This document shows positions 24,278 to 33,929 of a stretch of 41,228 bases of DNA, one piece after another. Position numbers and translations under genes: made by a program. This DNA is from an uncultured Thermoanaerobaculia bacterium (GTDB taxonomy: Bacteria; Acidobacteriota; Thermoanaerobaculia; Thermoanaerobaculales; Sulfomarinibacteraceae), in NCBI GenBank assembly GCA_964497785.1, contig CAZCEX010000001.1:1-41228 (forward strand), read 5' to 3'. Position 1 is the first letter of the stretch. Each line of letters starts with the position of its first letter. The notes beneath the pieces are model-generated. The model searched no databases, was not told where the DNA came from, and saw only the letters and a list, made by a program, of their open reading frames with translations.

Positions 24278-27200
24278 CTACACCGGCTCCGAAGTTCCAG
24301 CCGCGATGCGGTTGCGACCTTGCAACTTCGCCTGATAAAGGCCGCGATCGGCCACATTCAGCAGCTCGTGGGGATCGTCGTTGATTCCCGGTGTCAGACT
24401 GCCGACGCCACAGCTGACGGTGACTCGACCGGGATCGGACGACGAGTCGTGCCGCAACCGAAGCTCGGAAACCGTCGTTCGTAGGAGATCCGCGACCGTC
24501 AACGCGCCGGCGGTGTCCGTTGTCGGCAAAATAACCGCGAACTCGTCGCCGCCGTATCGGGACACCGAGTCGCCCGACCGCGGCAGGGCGTCGGCTATGG
24601 CTGCTGCAACGACCTTGAGGCACTGATCGCCCTCGGCGTGGCCCAGACTGTCGTTGAGGTTTTTGAAGTGGTCGACATCGATGAGGATGAGTGAAAGTAC
24701 CTGGTGGGAGCGGAGGGCACGCTTCCACTCGTTCTGGAGCAGCTCGTCGAACCTGCGGCGATTGCCCACGCCGGTCAAGCTGTCTGCGTAAGAAAGCTCG
24801 ACAAGGAGTTCATTCGCTTCTTCGAGGCGACGAGTGCGCGCATCCACGAGGGCGGCCAGGCACCGTTCGCGCTCGCGAATCGCGCGCAGTCGCCACTGCA
24901 GGATGAGGTACGCCACCAGGGCGGCGAGCCCGAGGAAGAAGCCGTAGGCCCATAACGATTCCCAGGGTGCAGGTTTGACGGAGAAGGGGAAGTCCTGCGG
25001 CCCGGAGACGTTACCGGCAGAATCTCGCCCCCAGACCCGGAAGGTGTAGTGACCTCGGGCGAGGGTCCGATATTCGCTCTTGGCGTCTTCGGTCCACCGA
25101 GATGGTTCTTCGTCGAGACCGATGAGCTGGGTCTGGTAGCGGGTCTGATTCTGGTGAAAAAACGACAGCAATGCAAAATCGAAGGTGATGTGTTTTCGAT
25201 CGAAAGGAAGGTGGACCTCTGGTGTGAGGAACTCGTAGGGCTCCGACCCGGATCTTGCCTCGAGTACCAGCGGGTCCGGGGATCGGTCCTCTCGCTCGTA
25301 TGTCGGGTCCAACACAGCTGCTCCGCCGACGGTGCCGACCCAGATTCTCCCCGCGTGGTCGACGGTCGCGGCGCCTCTGTTCCCCTCGTTGAGAGGCAGA
25401 CCGTCCTGACCAGAATAGGTGTTGATAAGGTAATCGTGAGGGGATGTCGAATTCGGTCCGGTAGGGGTGAGGCGGGCAACGCCGGCGTTTGTCAGCATGT
25501 AAATCCGACCGGAACTGTCCTCGACGATGGCGGAGATGACGTTGTTCGGCAAGGCCGGATGTGTCGAGTCCGTCAAGGTAAAAAGGGTTCTCGGTTGTTG
25601 GTCGAGGTCAAGAACAGAGACGCCCCCTCCATCAGTGCCGATCCAGAGGAGCCGTCGCCCATCCGCCGTGCGATGGAGGTGGAGGCACTGGATGGAGCTG
25701 TTGAGGAGGGGTGGATCGAGAGCTATTGTCTGCCATTGGCCCTGGCGGAGGACCGCAAGACCGGCAACGGTGCCGGCCCAGAGAGCTTTTGTTCCATCGG
25801 GCTCGGAGGTCTCGAGGAGGCTGAGAACAGATTCGTTGGGGAGACCGTCCCGGCGTGTTACCTGCGTCCAATGTCCATCCTCGTAACGCGCCAATCCAGA
25901 TCTGGTGCCGGCCCAAAGGACCAGCTCTCCGTCTGCACCCCGAGTATGCAGAAGGGTCTGGATCATGTTCGACGGGAGATTGCCGGACTCCTCCGAAAAA
26001 ACGCTCCACCGGTTGTGCTCGAATCGCCCGAGACCCCCGGTCCTGGTTCCAACCCAGAGTATTGGAGAGCCGTCTCGCCCACTACTACCGAGAAGGCACT
26101 GGATCACTGTGCTCGGGAGCTCGGTCTTGAAGTGGGTCCAGGTTCCTTCCCGAAATCGAAAGACACCCTCGCCATCGGTTCCCAACCACATCGAAGATGA
26201 GCCCTGACTCTCGTGGAGCTCTTCGATGGCGTTGACCGGTGTCGCCGCTGGTCCCTCGGTCGGGGAAAAACGCCTCCATGTGCCGTCGGTCAGTTGGGCG
26301 AGGCCCCCGTTTCGGGTGCCGACCCAGAGCATTCCCGGTCCGGATTCCGGGTGCATTTCGACCACGCTGTACACACCGTTCGAAGGCAGTCCCGACGCGG
26401 TGTCGACGATGTCGATTCCGGCGGAGGAGAGGCGGGCCAGCCCACCGCCGTCGGTGCCGGCCCATAAAACGGTGCCTCCGTCTCCGGATCGCCTGACGGC
26501 CAGGCTCGTCAAGAAATTGCTGGGAAGACCGTCGACGGTCGTGAGCTGTGTCCAGGCCCCGTCTCGCAAAACATGCAGCCCGCCACCGTAGGTGCCGACC
26601 CACATTGTCGGGGGCGCCCCTGGAGGCCGGTCGAAGGCGAAGCTGTTGACCGAATCTGTTGGGAATCCTGGCTCAGTGGTGAATCGTTCTGCCCCAGGCA
26701 AAAGGATAGCCAGGCCTCCCTCAGTCCCAGCCCAAATGATTGAACCGGAGGAGGTTTCTTCCACAGCCAACCCCCATAAGCGATTACTGGGAAGCCCGTG
26801 CTCGGTCGTGTAGAGGGTCCACTCATTTTCCCGGAATCGGGCGAGCCCGGCGCCGTAGGTGCCTGCCCAGATCTCCGCGCCGCCGGTTGGGGAATTGTTT
26901 TCGGCGAGGGCATGGATTCGGTCACAGTCAGGCTGGTCACAGAGGGGAACCACTTCCGACCATTGCTCGCCCACCCGTCTGAACAGGCCCCCTGCCCGGG
27001 TTCCGAACCAGATGCTGCCGTCAGACGCGGGCAGAATCGCGCGTACGAAGTTCGATTCGTACCGACTGGGCATCGGGACGACGTGCCAGGTTCGGCCGTT
27101 GTAGAAGGCGGCGCCGTCCTGAGTGCCGATCCACAAAAAACCCCGGTTGTCGACGGCGATGGTCTGAACGGTGTTGTGGGGGAGACCGTCGGAATCGGTG

Positions 27201-27427
27201 TAGTGGCGGAAAGAAAGTGCTGCCTGATGATAAGGATCTGGGCCCGCGCTGCTTGTGGCCCAGACTCCCCCGACAATCCCGAGCACGATGACGGAGACGA
27301 GCAGCACGGATGCCATCGACTCAGACGAAAAGATCCGTCCCCGAACTTCCGAGGCGAAGGTCGACGAAGCACGCCACGAAGTCCCAATATTTAACCCGAA
27401 AAGATCAATCATCTTTTCAGAATACAC
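24278..27427 (-). CDS. Diguanylate cyclase with a large periplasmic two-component-regulator-propeller (Reg_prop) / Y_Y_Y sensor, one TM helix and a C-terminal GGDEF domain
   Basis: Many repeats of the type GLPSN.V..I..D..G.LW[IV]GT..GG. A Y_Y_Y-like segment (YRTLARGHYTFRVWGRD), then TM GFFLGLAALVAYLILQW. GGDEF domain has RYGGDEFAVIL and an RSGD I-site 5 residues upstream. Start is uncertain (27427, 27412 or 27316). Confidence 0.85.
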   Translation of the reverse strand: MYSEKMIDLFGLNIGTSWRASSTFASEVRGRIFSSESMASVLLVSVIVLGIVGGVWATSSAGPDPYHQAALSFRHYTDSDGLPHNTVQTIAVDNRGFLWIGTQDGAAFYNGRTWHVVPMPSRYESNFVRAILPASDGSIWFGTRAGGLFRRVGEQWSEVVPLCDQPDCDRIHALAENNSPTGGAEIWAGTYGAGLARFRENEWTLYTTEHGLPSNRLWGLAVEETSSGSIIWAGTEGGLAILLPGAERFTTEPGFPTDSVNSFAFDRPPGAPPTMWVGTYGGGLHVLRDGAWTQLTTVDGLPSNFLTSLAVRRSGDGGTVLWAGTDGGGLARLSSAGIDIVDTASGLPSNGVYSVVEMHPESGPGMLWVGTRNGGLAQLTDGTWRRFSPTEGPAATPVNAIEELHESQGSSSMWLGTDGEGVFRFREGTWTHFKTELPSTVIQCLLGSSGRDGSPILWVGTRTGGLGRFEHNRWSVFSEESGNLPSNMIQTLLHTRGADGELVLWAGTRSGLARYEDGHWTQVTRRDGLPNESVLSLLETSEPDGTKALWAGTVAGLAVLRQGQWQTIALDPPLLNSSIQCLHLHRTADGRRLLWIGTDGGGVSVLDLDQQPRTLFTLTDSTHPALPNNVISAIVEDSSGRIYMLTNAGVARLTPTGPNSTSPHDYLINTYSGQDGLPLNEGNRGAATVDHAGRIWVGTVGGAAVLDPTYEREDRSPDPLVLEARSGSEPYEFLTPEVHLPFDRKHITFDFALLSFFHQNQTRYQTQLIGLDEEPSRWTEDAKSEYRTLARGHYTFRVWGRDSAGNVSGPQDFPFSVKPAPWESLWAYGFFLGLAALVAYLILQWRLRAIRERERCLAALVDARTRRLEEANELLVELSYADSLTGVGNRRRFDELLQNEWKRALRSHQVLSLILIDVDHFKNLNDSLGHAEGDQCLKVVAAAIADALPRSGDSVSRYGGDEFAVILPTTDTAGALTVADLLRTTVSELRLRHDSSSDPGRVTVSCGVGSLTPGINDDPHELLNVADRGLYQAKLQGRNRIAAGTSEPV

Positions 27428-27452
27428 TTTTTCCGCGTTTTCGTTGGGGACC

Positions 27453-27494
27453 TTGACATTCCTTGGAATTGCGTCGATGATCGTTTTGTTAAAT
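27453..27494 (+). promoter_or_regulatory. Possible promoter region of the cus-type operon, with a short dyad
   Basis: TTGACA (27453-27458) is followed immediately by the dyad ATTCC-TT-GGAAT. Weak -10 candidates are GATGAT (17-bp spacing) or TAAATT further down. The segment is locally AT-rich. Pattern match only. Confidence 0.25.
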
Positions 27495-27501
27495 TGAACG
27501 T

Positions 27502-27903
27502 ATGAGCAAACGATCGATTATTTTCCGCGCCCTCCTCGTCGCCATTGCCGTATCGGCTATGGTGATCGGCCCGGTTATGGCTGGGTCTTCCCGGTCCTGT
27601 ATGGAGGTGGCACCCTGTTGTTCGGTTCAGCCCGAGATCGAGCAAGGGTGTTGCGGGCAGGATCATCCGGCTGACGATCCAGGGTCGAGAAGACACGATC
27701 TGTGTGACTGCGACCACGGCTCCGGACCGGTCGCGGTGTCCGCGGCTATTTCGAGTACCCCGACTGAAACCCTGATGATCGGGGCGGTTTCCCAGGACAT
27801 CGAAGTTGCTGCGCTGGTGCGGGTTGAATCTCCGGACATGGATGAGTATCGCGGTCCACCGGGTCCATCGCTCTTCCTGCTCGACTGTACCTTCCTGATC
27901 TGA
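27502..27903 (+). CDS. Small secreted Cys/His-rich protein, first gene of the cus-type operon (unknown function)
   Basis: Signal MSKRSIIFRALLVAIAVSAMVIGPVMAG. Then SSRSCMEVAPCCSVQPEIEQGCCGQDHPADDPGSRRHDLCDCDHGSG. Same strand as the TolC-family gene and 75 bp upstream of it. I recognise no family. Confidence 0.55.
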   Translation: MSKRSIIFRALLVAIAVSAMVIGPVMAGSSRSCMEVAPCCSVQPEIEQGCCGQDHPADDPGSRRHDLCDCDHGSGPVAVSAAISSTPTETLMIGAVSQDIEVAALVRVESPDMDEYRGPPGPSLFLLDCTFLI

Positions 27904-27977
27904 TCCTCCAACAAGACGGTCTTTTCAACCCGTGAGCCCAAGGCCGCGGGCAACGTCTCGTTGGAGGAATCAAGACA

Positions 27978-29354
27978 ATGAATAGAAGAACGCTCTTCAT
28001 ACATACGATTTTCGTCGTATTGGTGATGGGTATAACATCGGTTGGGAGGGCGCGCGGGGCGGATTCGGTTCCCCCGGACCTCCCCGCGAGTGGGTGGCAG
28101 GCGGATCCGGCGGCAGCGATCATCGAAGGTCTCGCTGACGCGGATCTCCAGCTCTTAGCGTGGGAGGTCTTGGACCGCAACCCGGGCCTTGCCGCGGCGG
28201 TAGCTGACGCGCGGGCTGCGAGTGCGAGGACTGCGCAGCGACAGAGCCTGCCCGACCCGATGCTCGCCGTCACCTGGTTCGCCATGAGTCCGCAAACGAG
28301 GGTCGGTCCGCAGAAAGCTGGCGTGAGTCTTGCGCAACGCCTGCCGTGGTTCGGCAAGCTCGATCTCCAGGGCAGGGCGGCGGCCCTTGACGCGATTGCC
28401 GCCGACGCGCGGGTCGAGGCATTGAAGATCGAGCTGCTGACGCGAACCCGCACCCTGCACCAGGAGCTTCTCTTCGAGGACGTTCAGGAGCAGATCTTAG
28501 ACGAAGAGCGTTCGGCGTTGGAGAGGTTCGAGGAGTTGGCTCGTGCTCGCTACGCATCAGGTGCCGGGCACCGGCAGGCGGTCGTCAAGCTGCAGGCGGA
28601 GATCACCCGCGCCGACGCCCGTCGGTTGGGCATCGATCAGCGGCGCGCCGAGCTGACTGCGGCCGTCAACGTTCTGAGAGATCTCTCTTCGCACACGGCT
28701 GTGCGCCTCGCACGCGGGGACCGGCATTTCGATCTCCCTGTCGACCTTGTTTTCCTGCGAACCAGAGCGGTTGTCGCCCGTCCTGAAGTAACGGCTGCCG
28801 ACGCCGAGGTGGCTGCGGCTGACGTCAGGGTTCAACTCGCGGCAAAACGGCGATCCCCGGACGTCACGGTCGGACTGAGCTACGGGTTCGTGGGGCGTCG
28901 TGACGACGCAGCCGGTGAGGCAAACCCACCGCAGGGAAACGGCAACGACATCCTTGCCCTCAGCGGGGGGATCAACCTGCCGGTGTGGTCCAAGGCTCTC
29001 GACGCCGGCGTCGAGGAGACGGTGCAGAAACGTCTTTCTGCCGAAGAACGACGGCGAGCGGTCATCGCCGTGATCGAGGGTGAGCTCGGTGACGTCGCTC
29101 GGCGTATCCCCGTCATGCGCGAACAGCTCGAGCTCTTTGAGCAGACCTTGCTCGTGCAGGCCCGGGAGAGCCTGCATTCGGCTGAAATCGCCTATGCGTC
29201 CGGCACGGGGGGCGCGCTCGACCTGCTCGACGCCGAGAGGACGCTCCATGAGATCCGGCTCGGTGCCGAGCGCACCCGTGCCGACCTCGCGATTGCCCGA
29301 GCGCGTCTTGAGGGCGTGATTGCTGGACCGCTTGTAATGGATTGGGAGGACTGA
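27978..29354 (+). CDS. cusC: TolC-family outer-membrane efflux factor (CusC/CzcC-like)
   Basis: Signal peptide, then two-fold repeated coiled-coil/beta pattern (LSLPDPMLAVTW..., TVGLSYGF..., ARARLEGVIAGPL). Its stop overlaps the next gene's ATG (TGATG). GGAGGA RBS. Confidence 0.8.
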   Translation: MNRRTLFIHTIFVVLVMGITSVGRARGADSVPPDLPASGWQADPAAAIIEGLADADLQLLAWEVLDRNPGLAAAVADARAASARTAQRQSLPDPMLAVTWFAMSPQTRVGPQKAGVSLAQRLPWFGKLDLQGRAAALDAIAADARVEALKIELLTRTRTLHQELLFEDVQEQILDEERSALERFEELARARYASGAGHRQAVVKLQAEITRADARRLGIDQRRAELTAAVNVLRDLSSHTAVRLARGDRHFDLPVDLVFLRTRAVVARPEVTAADAEVAAADVRVQLAAKRRSPDVTVGLSYGFVGRRDDAAGEANPPQGNGNDILALSGGINLPVWSKALDAGVEETVQKRLSAEERRRAVIAVIEGELGDVARRIPVMREQLELFEQTLLVQARESLHSAEIAYASGTGGALDLLDAERTLHEIRLGAERTRADLAIARARLEGVIAGPLVMDWED

Positions 29355-30712
29355 TGTTACACAACAACGAGATGGAAGCCGCGCCTCCCGGTGCAGGCGT
29401 TCGAAGAGTCCTCCTTCCCCTACTGTGGATAACGCTTGGGGGCGTGATCGTGCTCGGTCTTCTGATGTTCTTCGGGCTTGTTGAAAGACCTGACGCCGTC
29501 GACGGACAAACGGAGTCCGTCTGGACCTGCCCGATGCACCCGGAGGTCATCGCCGAGGAGCCTGGGTCGTGTCCGATATGCGGCATGGATCTTGTACCCG
29601 TGAGCCGCTCGACGGACTCCGGAGCCATGCCGCCGACGCACGAATCAGGTGGCGACCACGGGGCGGTGGTGACCATCGATGCGGCGACGCACCAGAACAT
29701 GAATGTGACGACCGCGCGCGCCGAGCGCAGGGACATCAACCATCGCATCCGAACGGTCGGTTATCTGGACTACGACCAGGAGCGAATGCACTCGGTGACC
29801 ACCAAGTTTTCGGGATTCATCGAGAAGACCTTTGTGAGCTCCATCGGCCAGTCGGTGGTCAAGGGTGAACCACTGTTCGAGGTCTACTCGCCGGATCTGG
29901 TGCAAACACAGCAGGAGCTGCTGACGGCGAAGAAGTACGCCGACCAGATGGCCGGAACCGGGGCCGATGCGCATGGGCGCGCTGTTGCCCTGCTCGAGGC
30001 GGCGCGGGAACGGCTCGCCTACTGGGACGTCGCTCCTGAGCAGATTTTGCACCTCGAAGAGACCGGAGTCGTGCAGCGCACCCTGCAGGTGGTTGCCCCG
30101 GCAACCGGCCTCATCATGAAGCGTCTTCCGGGGCTCGAGGGCATGGCGGTTCATCCCGGCCTGGATCTCCTGCACATTGCCGACATTTCGAGGTTGTGGC
30201 TCAACGTCGACGTCTTCGAGGAACAGCTGTGGTGGTTGCAGATCGGCAGCCGGGCAGAGATCACGATGGCCTACTTCCCCGGCAAGGCTTTCACCGCAAG
30301 GGTGCGCTTCATCGAGCCCGAGGTGTCCGAGGAGACGAGATCCATTCGCCTGACGCTCGACGTTGCCAACCGCAACCACCAGCTGCGGGTCGGCATGTAT
30401 GCCACCGTGGTCTTCGAACCGACCGCAGCCGCGAGTGCCATCACCGTGCCTTCGAGCGCTGTGCTCCGCACCGGCGAACGCAGCGTCGTGATCGTTGTTC
30501 TCGGCGAGGGGCGTTTCGCCCCGCGCGAGGTGGCGCTGGGGCCCGAAGGTGAGGGCTTTGTGCAGGTTCTCGAGGGCCTCGACGAGGGCGATCAGATCGT
30601 CACCTCGGCCCAGTTCCTCATCGACTCCGAGTCGAACCTGCAGGAGGCGATCCAGAAAATGACCGCCGGGCGCGGAGCTTCGGGCCCCCAGGGCCACGCG
30701 CACGGGAGCTGA
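29354..30712 (+). CDS. cusB: RND efflux periplasmic adaptor (CusB-like) with N-terminal CxxC-type heavy-metal-binding domain
   Basis: WTCPMHPEVIAEEPGSCPICGMDLVPV is the metal-binding module seen at the N-terminus of Cu/Ag-type MFPs. MFP blocks follow (GEPLFEVYSPDLVQTQQELL, VPSSAVLRTGERSVVIV, GDQIVTSAQFLIDSESNL). ATG 29354 is preferred over the track's TTG 29342 because a GGGAGGA RBS precedes it and it is coupled to the upstream stop. Confidence 0.85.
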   Translation: MLHNNEMEAAPPGAGVRRVLLPLLWITLGGVIVLGLLMFFGLVERPDAVDGQTESVWTCPMHPEVIAEEPGSCPICGMDLVPVSRSTDSGAMPPTHESGGDHGAVVTIDAATHQNMNVTTARAERRDINHRIRTVGYLDYDQERMHSVTTKFSGFIEKTFVSSIGQSVVKGEPLFEVYSPDLVQTQQELLTAKKYADQMAGTGADAHGRAVALLEAARERLAYWDVAPEQILHLEETGVVQRTLQVVAPATGLIMKRLPGLEGMAVHPGLDLLHIADISRLWLNVDVFEEQLWWLQIGSRAEITMAYFPGKAFTARVRFIEPEVSEETRSIRLTLDVANRNHQLRVGMYATVVFEPTAAASAITVPSSAVLRTGERSVVIVVLGEGRFAPREVALGPEGEGFVQVLEGLDEGDQIVTSAQFLIDSESNLQEAIQKMTAGRGASGPQGHAHGS

Positions 30713-30746
30713 TGATGGCGAGCGCACAGATTCGTGGAGCGTCGCC

Positions 30747-33700
30747 ATGTTGAGCAAGATCATCGAGTGGTCGCTGCGCAATCGCCTCATCGTCGTGCTC
30801 GGTGTGGTCTTCTCCCTGCTCGGCGGTGTCTGGGCGCTGCGGGGGATGCGCCTCGACGCCATTCCCGACCTCTCCGACGTGCAGGTCATCATCTATACCG
30901 AATACCCGGGACAGGCCCCTCAGATCATCGAGGACCAGGTGACCTATCCGATGGCTTCCAAAATGCTGTCGGTTCCTTTTGCCAAGGTCGTGCGCGGATA
31001 CTCCTTCTTCGGTTTCTCATTCGTCTACGTGATCTTCGAGGACGGCACCGATCTTTACTGGGCCAGGTCGCGGGTGCTCGAGTACCTCAACGGGCTCGCC
31101 GGTCAGCTACCGGCCGGAGTGACGCCTCAGCTCGGACCCGACGCGACGGGGGTCGGCTGGGCCTTCATGTACGTGCTCAACTCGAACGAACGGTCGCTCG
31201 CAGATCTGCGGTCGCTGCAGGATTGGTACCTCAAGTACGGGCTCATTTCGGTCGAAGGAGTGTCCGAGGTGGCGTCGATCGGCGGCTTCGTGCGCCAGTA
31301 CCAGGTCGAGATCGACCCGGTTCGGGCCCGAGCCTTCGGTATATCGCTTGCCGATGTCAAACGAGCGATTCAACGATCCAACAACGATGTTGGTGGGCGA
31401 TTGCTGGAGATGGGGGAGCGTGAGTACGTCGTACGCGGCCTCGGCTACATCAAAGAGATCAAGGACCTCGAGACCATTCCGCTTGCGGTCGGGCCAGGGG
31501 GCGCGCCGCTGCTGCTCAAGGACGTCGCCAATATCGGCATCGGACCGGAGATCCGGCGCGGTGTCGCCGAATGGAACGGACAGGGGGAGACGGTCGGGGG
31601 CATCGTCGTCGTGCGCTCGGGCGCCGACACCCTGTCGACGATCGCCCGGGTCAAGGAGCGTCTCGCCGAGCTCAAGGACGGCCTGCCCGACGACGTCGAG
31701 ATCTCGGTCGCTTACGACCGCACGACGCTGATCCAGAGCTCGATCAAGACGCTCACACGCACTCTCGTCGAGGAGTCGATCATCGTCGCCCTCGTCTGTA
31801 TTCTCTTTCTCTTCCACTTTCGCTCGGCTTTCGTGGCGATTTTTTCTATACCGGTGTCGATCCTGCTCGCGTTCATCGTCATGAAGATGCAGGGTCTCGG
31901 CGCCAACATCATGTCGCTCGGGGGCATTGCGATCTCGATCGGCGTGCTCGTCGACGCCTCGATCATCATGGTGGAGAACGCCCACAAGCACTACGAGGAG
32001 TGGCACGGCAAACGCAGCCACTTCGAGATCATCTTGCGATCGGCCCAGGAGGTCGGACCGACCCTCTTTTTCAGCCTGTTGCTGATGACCGTGTCCTTCA
32101 TACCGGTCTTCAGCCTGCAGGCGCAGGAGGGCAGGCTCTTCACCCCGCTGGCATTCACCAAGACCTACTCGGTGGCCATGGCGTCGATCGTCGCGATCAC
32201 AGTCATCCCGGTGCTGATGTTCTGGTTCGTTCGCGGGCGTATCCGCAGCGAAGAGAAGCACCCCGTTTCTCGTCTGCTGCGCTTCATCTATGGGCCGGTA
32301 CTGGCGGTGGTTCTCAGGGGGCGGTGGGTGGTCGTGATCCTCGCCATCATCGCCATCCTGTCGGTATGGATACCGTTGCAGCACATCGGATCGGAGTTCA
32401 TGCCGCCGCTGTGGGAAGGCGACCTGCTCTACATGCCGACGACCTTCCCGGGGATCTCCATCACCAAGGCCAAGGAGCTCCTGCAGCAGACCGACAAGAT
32501 CATCAAGACGTTTCCAGAGGTGGAGTCGGTGATGGGCAAGATCGGGCGGGCGGAGACCGCGACCGATCCGGCGCCCTTGTCGATGATCGAGACCACGATC
32601 GTGCTCAAGGACCCCTCCGAGTGGCGTGAGGGCATGACGAAGGAGAAGCTCATCGAGGAGCTCGACCGGTCGATCCAGTTTCCCGGTCTCACGAACGCGT
32701 GGACGATGCCTATCAAGACCCGCATCGACATGCTTTCGACCGGCATCAAGACCCCGGTCGGCATCAAGATCGGCGGCCCGGATCTCGTCGTTCTCGAGCG
32801 TCTGGGGAAGGAGGTCGAGGCCCTCGTCAAGCCTCTCCCGGGCACGCTTTCTGCCTATGCTGAACGGGTCATGGGCGGCACCTACCTGGACCTCGACATC
32901 GACCGCGAGGCTGCTGCCCGCCACGGCCTCACGGTCGGCGATGTGCAGGACGTCATCACCTCGGCGATCGGGGGCATGAACGTCGGCTGGACCGTCGAAG
33001 GCCTCGAGCGCTACCCGATCAACATCCGTTACCCGCGTGAGCTGCGGGACAACGTTGAAGCACTCGGCGCCACCCTGGTGCCGACGCCCTCCGGAGCTCA
33101 GGTGCCGCTGGCGCAGCTTGCAGATATTCGATTTCAACAAGGGCCACCGGCCATCAAGTCGGAGAATGCACGGCCCAACGCCTGGGTCTACGTTGATCTG
33201 CGTGGCATCGATGTCGGGACGTGGGTAGAAAGAGCGCGCCGCGAGGTCGCCGACAATATCGACCTGCCGCCTGGATATACGATCTTCTGGTCCGGCCAGT
33301 ACGAGTACATGCAACGGGCCAGGGCACGCCTGCTCCTGATCGTGCCCATCACGCTGCTGCTCGTCTTCCTCATCCTCTACCTCAATACCGGGAGCCTGGT
33401 GAAGACCGGCATCGTGCTGCTCGCGGTGCCGTTTTCGGCCGTGGGCGCCGTCTGGCTCATCTACCTGCTCGGCTACAACTGGTCGATCGCCGTTTGGGTC
33501 GGGCTCATCGCCCTCGCCGGGCTCGACGCGGAGACTGGCGTCGTCATGCTGCTCTACCTCGACCTGGCCTACGAGAAGTGGAAAGAAAAGGGTCGAATGG
33601 CCACGTGGAAGGACCTGGCCGAGGCTGTTGACCACGGCGCCGTGCAGCGCATCCGGCCAAAGACCATGACCGTCGTGACGACCTTTCTCGCGCTCGTGCC

Positions 33701-33929
33701 CATCCTGTGGGCCACCGGAACGGGCGCCGACGTCATGCGGCGTATTGCGGCGCCGATGGTCGGCGGGATCGTGACCTCCTTCGCTGGTGAGCTCGTCGTC
33801 TACCCGGCGATCTACTTCATCTGGCGTTCTCTCGGATTACAACGCGGCCCGCTCAGCTGGCGGCGCCGCAACGATGAATTGACCGAACAACGACCGGCGG
33901 AAGCCGGTCTGAATGGAGAAGAGTCATGA
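30747..33929 (+). CDS. cusA: CusA-type heavy-metal efflux RND pump (Cu(I)/Ag(I) class)
   Basis: 1060 aa with 12-TM RND layout. TM4 block GGIAISIGVLVDASIIMVENAHKH is CusA-like rather than the CzcA DFG...DGAVV type. The contexts of the three E. coli CusA metal-binding methionines, as I recall them, are retained: DLLYMPTT, APLSMIETT, RIDMLSTGIKTPVGIK. Confidence 0.9.
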   Translation: MLSKIIEWSLRNRLIVVLGVVFSLLGGVWALRGMRLDAIPDLSDVQVIIYTEYPGQAPQIIEDQVTYPMASKMLSVPFAKVVRGYSFFGFSFVYVIFEDGTDLYWARSRVLEYLNGLAGQLPAGVTPQLGPDATGVGWAFMYVLNSNERSLADLRSLQDWYLKYGLISVEGVSEVASIGGFVRQYQVEIDPVRARAFGISLADVKRAIQRSNNDVGGRLLEMGEREYVVRGLGYIKEIKDLETIPLAVGPGGAPLLLKDVANIGIGPEIRRGVAEWNGQGETVGGIVVVRSGADTLSTIARVKERLAELKDGLPDDVEISVAYDRTTLIQSSIKTLTRTLVEESIIVALVCILFLFHFRSAFVAIFSIPVSILLAFIVMKMQGLGANIMSLGGIAISIGVLVDASIIMVENAHKHYEEWHGKRSHFEIILRSAQEVGPTLFFSLLLMTVSFIPVFSLQAQEGRLFTPLAFTKTYSVAMASIVAITVIPVLMFWFVRGRIRSEEKHPVSRLLRFIYGPVLAVVLRGRWVVVILAIIAILSVWIPLQHIGSEFMPPLWEGDLLYMPTTFPGISITKAKELLQQTDKIIKTFPEVESVMGKIGRAETATDPAPLSMIETTIVLKDPSEWREGMTKEKLIEELDRSIQFPGLTNAWTMPIKTRIDMLSTGIKTPVGIKIGGPDLVVLERLGKEVEALVKPLPGTLSAYAERVMGGTYLDLDIDREAAARHGLTVGDVQDVITSAIGGMNVGWTVEGLERYPINIRYPRELRDNVEALGATLVPTPSGAQVPLAQLADIRFQQGPPAIKSENARPNAWVYVDLRGIDVGTWVERARREVADNIDLPPGYTIFWSGQYEYMQRARARLLLIVPITLLLVFLILYLNTGSLVKTGIVLLAVPFSAVGAVWLIYLLGYNWSIAVWVGLIALAGLDAETGVVMLLYLDLAYEKWKEKGRMATWKDLAEAVDHGAVQRIRPKTMTVVTTFLALVPILWATGTGADVMRRIAAPMVGGIVTSFAGELVVYPAIYFIWRSLGLQRGPLSWRRRNDELTEQRPAEAGLNGEES

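Noticed and set aside
27453-27481. Possibility that the TTGACA + ATTCC-TT-GGAAT dyad is a CueR/MerR-type operator
   Set aside because: MerR-family promoters have a 19-20 bp spacer with a longer dyad (e.g. CCTTCC-N7-GGAAGG in copA, as I recall it). Here the arms are 5 bp with a 2-bp gap, and no MerR-family gene is in the window. Kept only as a low-confidence promoter candidate.
31107-33635. 842-aa minus-strand ORF
   Set aside because: Antisense shadow of cusA. The product is Arg/Asp/His/Gly-rich low complexity. The plus-strand frame gives a full-length, motif-complete RND pump.
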